Source: Reclinomonas americana ATCC 50394 (taxonomy: Eukaryota). From it: a DNA stretch of 64,000 nucleotides. Position 1 is the stretch's first letter; the number at the start of each line of letters is the position of its first letter. Positions 13,701-23,767 of the stretch are shown one piece after another. The position numbers and the translations under genes are program-made. The stretch spans positions 71,413 to 135,412 of the forward strand of contig PS015109.1 in assembly GCA_048213135.1 (NCBI GenBank), given 5' to 3'. The notes below the pieces were generated by a model. That model saw only the letters and a list, made by a program, of their open reading frames with translations. It was not told the origin of the DNA and did not search any database.

Positions 13701-14001
13701 CCTCCCTCCGCTCAACTGCCTTACTCATATGCTGCTGACACTGCTGCGCCGAGCACAGTGGAGGCAACCCTCGCGACGGGCCTCCCTGCACTGCACTACC
13801 ACCACCACCACTCGTCACAACAGCAGTGAGTGACGAGGAGGAAGTCGGCGAGGCGGAGAGGAGCCACAAAAGTGCCGAGAAAAGCACCACACCAACACCT
13901 GCACAGGCGAGCCACATAGTGCAGGCATTCTGCGCAGTGAAGACTGAGGTGGAGGAGGCAGAGGAGGAGGAGGAGGAGGAGCAGGAGAGGAGGCCTCCCA
14001 T
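8821..14001 (-). CDS. Type II membrane glycosyltransferase with two tandem GT77 (nucleotide-diphospho-sugar transferase, RRA-like) domains and a poly-Q tail
   Basis: N-terminal TM anchor (WLACAGVGVVLFSALLWLL). Exons 12695-11925, 11010-10591, 10522-10286 and 9534-8821 join in frame through GT-AG introns. Domain 1 reads KY..LAALLEHGYHVFYSDTDCAWLSNP; domain 2 reads KWALLARIVRLGFNPLLSDTDIVFLRDPF...STDG...TAYG...NAGFF...WDQQAFN...FANSK...VHQNY. Exon 1 linkage crosses an N gap. Confidence 0.85.
9620..9880. repeat. Degenerate intronic tandem repeat (~90 bp unit, about 3 copies)
   Basis: CAGCGACACA occurs at ~9638, ~9732 and ~9812, and GGCCACAGGCGAGCCATCA at ~9660 and ~9844. Confidence 0.7.
12710..13130. 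repeat. Purine-rich intronic minisatellite (GGAAGGGTGA-type units)
   Basis: Many GAAGGGTGAAGG copies; CGTGATCAGTGGAAGGATA is duplicated at ~12771 and ~13021. Confidence 0.8.
13210..13700. repeat. (CT)n/(GA)n microsatellite spanning an assembly gap
   Basis: Long CT runs flank the N run at 13352-13501. Confidence 0.9.
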
Positions 14002-14110
14002 TGCTCCTCTTCTGTGTGCCAAATACAGTATCTCAAATAAAAACTTTCCAGTTTTACAAAGGGCATCGTGAACACCACATCGGGATTTGAAAACGTGTGA
14101 GAGAAGGCGA

Positions 14111-16711
14111 TCACTGGATGCTCATTGTTGTACGGATCAGTGAAGTTTCTGTTATTATTTGGGAAGAATGGAGAACGAGCATAGAAAGGATGCGTCTCGC
14201 TCGGCGTCTGGGTAGAGAAGAAAGTGCGAGAGACGTGGAAGTACTAGGACAGCCATGCATGTGTGCATTCGAATTCGTGCCGGCAGGTCGCACTCCGCCA
14301 TTTGCTTCACGAAGACACAACGACCAAAGGGACGCCTTGCAAACCATCGTCATCGCGCCACATAATCATTTCACCGTGACTCATCGCAGCGCGGGGAAAC
14401 GACGTTGAAAGTCAGTTGCGACAATGTCGAAGGCCTCGCTTCCGTGGCCTCCGGGTATCTGGATTCATGTTGCCCGAAAGGATGCCAGACAAAGCTGTCT
14501 CCGTAACTGCCACTGCACCTCGCATAAACACGCTCTCCTTGTCGGCAGTATTCTGGGGCTTGCCGCCGACACTGGTCTGCCGCGCAGTTAAGGTCTGGAT
14601 CCGCAAAGATAGCATTTAGGTTCATCGGTTGCCCGCCGGTCGTCATACATAGTCCGTCGTGTAGATTTACGGAAAAACATGAACCGTGTTCATCTGCCAA
14701 GGAACGCAATCAGTTGCGAAGCCATGTCAAATGTTTGGCAACAACAAGCTCACCACTGAAATAAGTGTCGTCTGTGTCAGCGCAGGATAATGCAAACAAG
14801 TACTCGAGGTCTAGCAACGTGGACTGGAGGAATTTTTTGACACAATACTGATCGATAGTCCTTGGAGACAATGGACGTTGCAGACTTGCCGTGCCAAGTC
14901 GGCTAAATAAGTCGACAACATTGAGTAAATCGCGATGGAAGGCCAATTCAACATATATCAAAACGCAACGTGCGACATGCATCCACCAGCACGATCACAG
15001 AATGTGGATGACAGTCACCGCCGGCCCCGGCCTCGCGCATCACCATATTCTGCGCGTACCCAAGGTGCAGCATGTCGAGGACGTCCCTCAAGGGAACTCC
15101 GTAAAGGTCACGACGAAACGGTACCGATTCTGGCCACTTCACGATGTTCAACTCGAGAGTATCCGCTCCTCGCGCATCCTGATTAGGCAGCAGACCCTTC
15201 GGAAACTGAAGAGCTGCAACTGAACGTAGAAACACGGCCGACTCCGACAATGACAGTCCGTGGCCAAAGAAGCCGAGACAACAAGTCACTGCAGTCGATG
15301 CGCTGAGCCATCGGCCAAGAATCCCCCCCAAAAGCAACAGCTGCCCGAGTGTCAAATCCACAGCCTTTTGACGGCTGACGGGAAATGGACCGTCTTCACC
15401 CATTTGAGCTTGCAGATTCAGGTCCGCAATAGAATCTGCGAACAATGTGAGACGAGCAAGAAGCACGCAGAATCGCAAGCAATTGCGTACAAACCCGCAG
15501 CGACCTCCGCGCCTGGTAGCCTGTCTCTCACAGGATTCCTCATTTCACCAATGAGGCCGCTGACGTTCGCAACGAGGACAAATCTGCAACTGCGAACAGG
15601 ATCCACTGAAATCTCTCGAAGTCAGACACTGGAAACACGCGCACATATACAACGATTGTTTCATACGCACCAGCGACCCTATCCGCGACGGGAAAATCAT
15701 CGCCGAGATGCGCTTCAAGAGCGTCATTCAGCTCCACATAGATGTCGTTTAACTTTTTGGCACTTCCGCCGACATCTCCAACGGCATAGTCCCGAAGCGC
15801 ACTTGATGTGCAACACAGTAAACGACTCATGTCGGAGAAGGTCTCGCCGTCAACAAGCTGACGAGCACCGAACTGTTTTGCAGCAACTGTTGCAAGAGCC
15901 AGGAGCAGCCTGCATCGCTGCGTTTCCACACCACAGTAACCAAGTAGTTTGTGTAGGCAATGGTCGCTGGCATCTCGGAAGTCAGCGAACTCCATTCGTC
16001 CAAGACAGTCGCTGAGCAGAGACACGGCCAGATCAACTTCAGCCTCACGCGTTGGCTGGTCGTACGGCAGAGTCACGGATCGCAGGAGTACCAATGCACC
16101 CAGGTGACACAAAGTTATAAGCTGGCGCGTGATCACACTTGGACGGGCCAGCCCGGGTACACGTGGCACATCACGCAGATAAAGGAAACAAGCACCACTT
16201 GCCCGTAGTGAAGCCGCAGAAAATATTTCAGGGTCTGTGTACTGCGCCGAAGCACAGACTGCAACAGCCCGTAGCTTGTCGCTGCTCAACAGTGAGCGGA
16301 AACGATTGATGGCGATGTTGTTGAACTCAAATGACAACTCACCGACAGTCCTTGTATATCGGCGTTTGATCGTGTAGAGTGAAAGGCAACGTGATCAACT
16401 GCGTGATGAAGCCACGATACCAGAGATCCAGTGGCTCAGCTGCGAGTGATCGCACAAATTGATGAGAACCAAATAAAGCCTCTGCATACGCGCGCACGCA
16501 GATTAAATCGAGAGACAGACAGAGAATGCAGGGGGATGCAACGAGACAGAGGAGAAAGGACAGCGCTCATGGAAGCGGCCATGTGAGACAACACCCGCCC
16601 AGAGTGAAGCAAACGCGACAAGGCGAGTGCGTGGTATTGCAGAGGAGCACACCAACCATCATCACGGCGACGAGAAGAAGACCCAGCGGCGGCGGAGTCG
16701 CTTCCGCTCAT
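14111..16711 (-). CDS. Hypothetical multi-exon protein of unknown function (3' end approximate)
   Basis: ATG at 16711 (MSGSDSAAAGSSSRRRDD). Successive ORF pieces (EALFGSHQFVRSLAAEPLDLWYRGF..., 15540-16337, 14948-15478, 14710-14982, 14371-14709) can be linked by short GT-AG introns, e.g. GTGAG...CAG at ~14753-14694. No family motif recognised. Confidence 0.55.
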
Positions 16712-16795
16712 CGTCGAACGAACTTGACAGGATTGACGACGAAATTTTAGATTTAGTATCCGACAGAAAAGACTATTGCGTGTTGCGTGCCAACC

Positions 16796-18441
16796 ATGGA
16801 CGAGTTCCCACACATCACAAGCAAGGATCTGTTCTCCTCATATGTTGCGTGCATGTCCACTGCGCTGTGTGCGTTGTTGCAGTCTCGAGTCCATGCACAC
16901 ACACACACACACTCTCTCTCTCTCTCACAGCGATCTCGCGCTGTTGTTGTCAGCCGCGTCACGCTGGTGGCCTGCAAGAGAATCATGCCTCCTTCTCATG
17001 AGAAGGAGGTGCTGGCCAGCAGACACGCTCTGCTCGAGTCACGCCACTTTTGCAAGTGTCTCTATATGGCCGCCAATCCCACCGCCACCCTCGAAACTGC
17101 AGCCGAGCAAGCAAAGCAGCTCCATCCCGACGGGTTGAGTTGGTGGTGCTTTCCAGCTGAGGCGGCGGCACGTGACGAAGAACTGCGGCCGCTGAAGAGG
17201 ATCATCGACATTGGACATGGCAATCCACCAGATCCTGTACGTGGCATGCACGAGTGTTGTTGTCAGTACGCGTGTTTCTCACACGCAGCGTGTGGTTGCA
17301 GGGCATCGAGGGTTGGGAGGTTGTTCACTTGCCTCCACCGCATCCGTGGTCGCCGAAGCTGCAACGAACGTGGCGACAGGCGGTGTGGACGGCGATTGAA
17401 GAAGCGTGTGTCGCCGAGGACAGCAATGTTGTTGTGGCGATTCAGAGTCCATCTGGACTCGACGATGTTGGTGCGCATGCGTCCAGTTGGCTTTCGCACA
17501 AGCGCACTGCTTACTGCTTCGTACAGGCGAGATGATTGTCACCTACTTGCACTGCAAGCTTGCCTGGCCACCTGCAGAGGCCTTGGCAGCGTACTGCAAC
17601 ATGGATGGCACCTCGCGGTTCGGCAGCGACGGTACCATGTTCCAGCAACTGTGCGATGAGTTTCGCATGCCGATGCCTGCGTCCATGCCAGCCGCTGACA
17701 TTGTTGGAGACGGCCTTATGGACGACGAAGCTCTCGCGGCCGCAGTGGACGAAGAAATCCGAGCGGCCGAGGTTTGCAGTGCATGATTGTGCTCCTCTCT
17801 TGCATCGTGCAGTGCACTGACCGGTGCGGGAACAGGTTGAAAAAGAAGCGACTGCTTTCTTTGCGGACGAGCTGCAGCCGTTTCATCTGCGTTGCAAAGC
17901 AGCAATTGCTACATTCGAAAGGCTGGCAGACGAAAATGCCTTGCCTCCGCTGCACCTGCATCATTTCCTGCGACGTGTCATCCGAGACTTGATCGGTTCA
18001 TTATCGAGCGAAGGCAATCGAAGTGACCTGCTGTTAGCTCGTGAGGTATGCACCAAGCTGCCGCGTGACGACCGAGAGCGTGCGCTGTTCAATTCGGCAA
18101 TTTCCGCCTTGCTGGCCAAGGGAGAGGATGCGGAGGAAAAAGAAGTCGCCGCTGAAGTAGACGACGAATTGCAGATGGCATATTCGACTTCTCCATTGCC
18201 AGACTGCGGTTTCAAGTCGGGCAATTCGTCAACCGCCTCGAGCGCTTCTGATGGATCGTCAAGCTCGAGTGCTCTGTCGGGGTCGTCCGTCACTTCGCTC
18301 GGTGCCCCCCGTCCGCGAGGCGCTTCTGCGACGTTGACGATGGCCGCCGGCAGCGTACCCGTATCACCGCCGAGGCCTTCGCAGTCTGCACCGCAAAGCC
18401 CGCTGCCTGCTGTTCCGAGTATGATGCATGATCATGAATAA
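16796..18441 (+). CDS. RNA 5'-triphosphatase/DUSP11-like (PTP-fold) protein, probable pseudophosphatase, with helical and Ser/Pro-rich C-terminus
   Basis: Exons 16796-16843, 16931-17236, 17302-17470, 17527-17771 and 17836-18441 splice in frame. The product has motifs in RNGTT triphosphatase order: TLVACKRIMPP, LKRIIDIGH, IEGWEVVHL, VAIQSPSGLDDVGEMIVTYL..KLAWPPAEALAAY, FQQLCDEF. Confidence 0.65.
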
Positions 18442-18940
18442 TTTGCAAGCGTTTAATACTCGCCGTACTAGTTCTTCCACATCCACGAATGTTCTTTGTC
18501 TTGGGCAGCACCTGTTCGCAACTTCACAGCTCTTGTGCTTCAGGTGAAAATCGCGCGCATGCGCATGCGCAGTTCTCGGCGAATGTATACGCTGCGCACA
18601 CACACACACATGTACACAAGGAACCTGCAGCTGCCTCAAGACTGGTGTTTGTGTTGATGATTTGGATACGGTTGGACTTGGCCATCAATGGTGAATGTTG
18701 TTGTTTGTTTTTTTTTTTGTTTTTTCATGCATGTCGACGTCGCGCATGCACGACTCTCGTCGTAAAAGCGCATGCCTACACTGCCTGTGCTATCCTCTCT
18801 GCCTGATACTTTGGATTAGTAAAGTTGTTGTTGTTGTTGTTGTTGTTGTTGTTGCAACGCACCTCTCTAGAGCTCTGCACTCAATGAACGTCACAATCAG
18901 CTGTCCTGTCTCACTCTTTCAAGAATAGAGTCAGAATAGA

Positions 18941-21900
18941 ATGTCTTGGCGCGACGTGGTTCTCTCCGACGAAGACGAAGACGAGGCACCGCCCTCTCGC
19001 TCACAACAACAACAACAGCAGCAAACATCACAACAGCAACAACAGGTGCACACGATGATGTCATGCATATTTTCGCGCGCACACTGCAGCAACTTGCATT
19101 CTGACTCGCTCTTGTCTCTCTCTCTCTCTCTCTCACACGCAAACTCGTGTGCATCTCTCCCTGCTCCTTGTGCATCACACTCTCATCTCACTCTCCCTTC
19201 TCTCTCATCTCTCATCTCTCTCTTGTCTCTCTCTTCCCTCCCTTCTCCTCTCTGTGTCTCTCTCTCTCTCTCACAGGGAGCCCTCACACCTCCCCCTGGC
19301 GAGCTGCGCCGACAAGGCCGCAGCATTCTCGATCTCGCCGAGGAAGACGAAGACGAAGACGATCAGCCCTCCTCCTCCCAGCCTCTCCTTCCTCCTCCTC
19401 CTCCTCCTCCAGCAGCAGCAGCTGCCCCTCTGCGCAAGAGCAGCACTGTGCAAGTAATGGAAAGCACCGAGGACGCAGGTGAAGACGAGGATGAAATCGA
19501 TGATCGTCGTCGATGGGAGCGACGAGTGAGCTCAGCTGGAGGAGACGATGAGTCGTCTGCTGTCATGCGTCGTCGTGTGTCGCGAGGGGATGCAGGGATG
19601 GAGGCTAGTGCAGGAGCAGGCGAGGAAGGGCAAGGGGGCGACGAGGGGGAAGAGGAGGACGAGTTGGCGGCGTTGGCGGCTGGGCCTCCAATGGCGGTTC
19701 CTGTGTACACGCCACTGCCGGGCCTCACGGGATGTCGCTCGGTGGATTGCTATGAGCGGCTGAATCGCATCTCGGAGGGCACGTTTGGTGTCGTATGTTG
19801 CGTGGCGTGTCACTGTTGGGCTCATGCGAGTCTTCTTCTTTTCTCTGTTGGCATTTCTTGTCTCACCTGCGTCCATCGCTCATCTTCTTCCGCGTTTCCT
19901 CTGCTCTTGTCGAGTCTACATCCTCCTCCTGCTCCGGCCTCTCTCTTCGCGCGCTCTCTCTCTCTCTCTCTCGCGATTATTTGTTTCTTTCTCTTTCTCA
20001 GTACCAGATCGTTTTCATTCTCCTTGTCGAACGCAGGTCTGCCACTCTTTTTCTCCCTGCTTCCCCCCTTTCCTTTGTCTTCCTCATTCTGTCCTCTGCG
20101 CTTCTCTCTCTCTCTCTCTCCCTCCTCTGCTTCTTTTTCTCTCTGTCCCAGATCGTTTTCATTCTCCTTGTCGAATTCTCTCCTTCCTTCATCTCATCCT
20201 CCGTCGCCTGCCACTCTCTCTCTCCCCAGTTTTCACCCTTTCTTTCTTTTTCCTCATTCTGTCGTGCGCTTCTCTCTCTCTCTCTCTCTTCTGCTTCTTT
20301 CTCTTTCTCAGTCCCAGATCGTTTTCATTCTCCTCGTCGAACGCAGGCCTGCCTGCCACTCTTTCTCTCCCTGTTTCCCCCCTTGCTTTCTCTTCCTCAT
20401 TTTGTGCTCTTCTCTCTCTTCTCTGCTTCTTTCTCTCTCTCAGTCCCAGATCTTTTTCATTCTCGTTGTCGAACTCTCTCCTTCCTTAATCTCATCCTCC
20501 GTCGCCCACGTCTCTTTCTCCCTCCCCAGTGTTCACCCTTTCTTTCTTTTTCCGCATTCTGTCCTTCCTCCGTTTCTCCCTCACTCTCTTCTCTCTCTCT
20601 CAGTCTCAGATTGTTTTCATTCTCCTTGTCGAACGCAGGCCTTCCTTCATCTCAGCCTCCATCGCCTACCTCTCTCTCTCCCTCTCCTGCTTTCTCTCTT
20701 TCTTTTTTCATACTTCAGTCCTTCCTTTGCCTCGTCCTCTTTTTTTCTATGCTCTCCCATGCTTCTCACCCGCTGTCAGAACTCCCTCCTCTCTCCGTCT
20801 CCCCTTCACCGCTCTCTGTCTTTCACTCGCTTTCTCGTCTCCTCATTCATCACGTCGTCTCCTTGTCACTCCTCTCTCCCCACTCCCTCTCCTTTTCACC
20901 TTTCAGTTTCTCACTTTGCGTGCTTCCAGATCGCGCACGCGACATTGCCACGGGTGAGATTATCGCTCTGAAGAAACTGAAACTGGAGGAGGAGAAGGAG
21001 GGTTTCCCGCTCACGGCCCTGCGAGAGATCACGCTCCTGTTGGAGATGAAGCACCCCAACATTATCGACGTGAAGGAGGTGGTGGTCGGCCGCAATCTCA
21101 ACTCCATTTTCATGGTGCGCACTTGTCTTCTCTCTCTTGCTCTCTCTCTCTCTCTGCTACCTCGTGCTCACGTAGAATGTGCTTGCGGCAGGCCATGGAA
21201 TACTGCGAACACGACATTCGCAACCTCATGGACAACATGCGTACTGGTTTCCGGCCGGCCGAAGTCAAGTGCTTGATGAAGCAGCTGTTGGAGTCCTTGG
21301 CTTTCTTGCATGAAAACTGGATATTGCATCGGTGCGTTCTCGTCTGTCTTGTGCTCGACCTCCCACACTCTCTTTCTCGCTTCTGTGCTCCCTCCTCGCC
21401 ATTTTCTCTACGCCCTGCAGGTGCATGCATAATCTCTCTCCATCTCTTTGCTGTCTGTCTTTTCTCCCTCTCTGGGTGTTTGCATCTCTCCCTCTACCTC
21501 TTCCTCTCCCTCTTCTTTTTCTTCTCTNNNNNNNNNNNNNNNNNNNNNNNNNNNNNNNNNNNNNNNNNNNNNNNNNNNNNNNNNNNNNNNNNNNNNNNNN
21601 NNNNNNNNNNNNNNNNNNNNNNNNNNNNNNNNNNNNNNNNNNNNNNNNNNNNNNNNNNNNNNNNNNNNNNNNNNNNNNNNNNNGAAGACGGAGAGGGCGA
21701 CAGAGAGAGAAGAAGAAGAAGAAGAAGAGGGAGAGGGAGAGGGAGAGGGAGAGGGAGAGGGAGAGGGAGAGGGAGAGGGCGAGGGAGACAAGGGAGAGGG
21801 TGACTGAGAGGGAGGGNNNNNNNNNNNNNNNNNNNNNNNNNNNNNNNNNNNNNNNNNNNNNNNNNNNNNNNNNNNNNNNNNNNNNNNNNNNNNNNNNNNN

Positions 21901-23715
21901 NNNNNNNNNNNNNNNNNNNNNNNNNNNNNNNNNNNNNNNNNNNNNNNNNNNNNNNNNNNNNNNNNNNNNNNNNNNNNNNNNNNNNNNNNNNNNNNNNNNN
22001 NNNNNNNNNNNNNNNNNNNNNNNNNNNNNNNNNNNNNNNNNNNNNNNNNNNNNNNNNNNNNNNNNNNNNNNNNNNNNNNNNNNNNNNNNNNNNNNNNNNN
22101 NNNNNNNNNNNNNNNNNNNNNNNNNNNNNNNNNNNNNNNNNNNNNNNNNNNNNNNNNNNNNNNNNNNNNNNNNNNNNNNNNNNNNNNNNNNNNNNNNNNN
22201 NNNNNNNNNNNNNNNNNNNNNNNNTCTCTCCGTCTTCTCTCTCTCCCTCTCCCTCTCCCTCTCCCTTTCCCTTTCCCCCTTTCTCCACCCTCCCTTCCAT
22301 CGAAACTTATCAACTTTCTTCTCACTCTCTTTTCCCTCCCTTTCTCACTCTATCCCGTTTGGTTTTTGACTTTAATGTTCTCCGGCAGATCTGCTCTGTC
22401 TTCTTGCGCCTTCCGTGTTCCCCTCTCCCTCTCAATCCGATTCCTCACCACACGTCGCTCAATCCCAGCACTGCCAGTTCATTTGTTTTTCACAGTCCTC
22501 CTCTTGCTCCTTCACACGCTCCAGTCTTCGTGTCCATTCTTGACAAGATTGATCTTCACGCATCCCTTCCTCTATTGTCTCTCACCATTCTCCCATGTTT
22601 CCCTTTCCCTATATCCCTTTCCCTGTTTTCCCGTTCTGCAGCGACCTGAAAACCTCCAACCTTCTATACTCGAACGACGGCACGCTGAAGCTGTGCGATT
22701 TCGGTCTCGCCCGGCATTACGGCGACCCCTACCGACCCTACACGGCGCTGGTCGTCACGCAGTGGTACCGCGCCCCNNNNNNNNNNNNNNNNNNNNNNNN
22801 NNNNNNNNNNNNNNNNNNNNNNNNNNNNNNNNNNNNNNNNNNNNNNNNNNNNNNNNNNNNNNNNNNNNNNNNNNNNNNNGGAGCTGCTTCTCGGCGCCGA
22901 CGACTACCGCATGGAGTACACCGAGGCCATTGACATGGTGCGTGTGCTTGCGTTTCTCTCTCTTCTCTTTTGTACCCCCTCTCTCTTCTCACATTCGAAC
23001 AGTGGTCGGTGGGTTGCATATTCGCCGAGTTCATCACACGCAAGCCGCTCTTTCCCGGTCGCGGCGAGATCGATCAGGTCGACAAGGTGTGTGTCTTGTA
23101 TCACACATGAGAGATATTGGTGGGATGAGCACGATCGTGACAAAAGCCGTGCGCAGATCTTCCGCGTGCTGGGCACTCCCGACGATGACATTTGGCCGGG
23201 GTTTTCTCGCTTGCCCAAGCTTCGCGATTTCAAATTCACCAGGAAAACCGCCGGCAGTCAACTGCGCAAGGTTTCTTTACCTACATTTTTTGGCCTGCGT
23301 GAGATATCTTGCTGACACGAACCACTCGCAACGCAGATGTTCCCCAAGCACGGCTTCACTGCCGACAAACCATCGCTCACCGACGCCGGCTTTGATTTGC
23401 TCTCGGGCTTGCTGACCTACAATCCGCACCGAGTTTCGTGCGGAGCTCTATCGTCGTTGTCGTTGTTGTTGCGTTCCCCTCAAATTCTTTGTGTTGCAAT
23501 TACTGTGCGCGCAGCGTCTCAGTGCTGCCGAGGCACTCGCACATCCCTACTTCTCGGAGAGCCCTCCGCCGCAACTCAAGAGCATGATGCCGACCTTCCC
23601 GTCGATGAATGAGTCGTCCAACCGCGTGCGGAAGCGGACGGCCAGTGAGGAGGCCATTCACGAAATCATGCTACACAATGAGAGCGAGATGCAAAAGCGC
23701 GCCCGGAGGCGATGA
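18941..23715 (+). CDS. CDK11: Cyclin-dependent kinase of the CDK11/CDK10 (PITSLRE) group with acidic N-terminal extension
   Basis: Exons 18941-19045, 19277-19796, 20930-21114, 21192-21331, 22642-22937, 23003-23086, 23157-23270, 23337-23432 and 23515-23715. Motifs: [82 protein letters not shown]. Confidence 0.93.
19995..20670. repeat. Intronic tandem repeat, 5 copies of ~130-165 bp, alternating subtypes
   Basis: Core CAGATCGTTTTCATTCTCCTTGTCGAA occurs near 20005, 20150, 20315, 20447 and 20607, within CDK intron 2. Confidence 0.85.
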
Positions 23716-23767
23716 CACGGCGGCGCACAACACGAATCCAATGAATGCAGAGAAAGGCGAGACTTTA

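Noticed and set aside
14371-14982. In-frame TGA between two ORFs suggesting readthrough or recoding
   Set aside because: The stop lies inside a short GTGAG...CAG intron (~14753-14694); no recoding is needed.
18551-18571. TGCGCATGCGCA palindrome (NRF-1-like site) upstream of CDK11
   Set aside because: GC/AT alternating words such as GCATGC and GCGC are abundant throughout the window, so a single match is uninformative.
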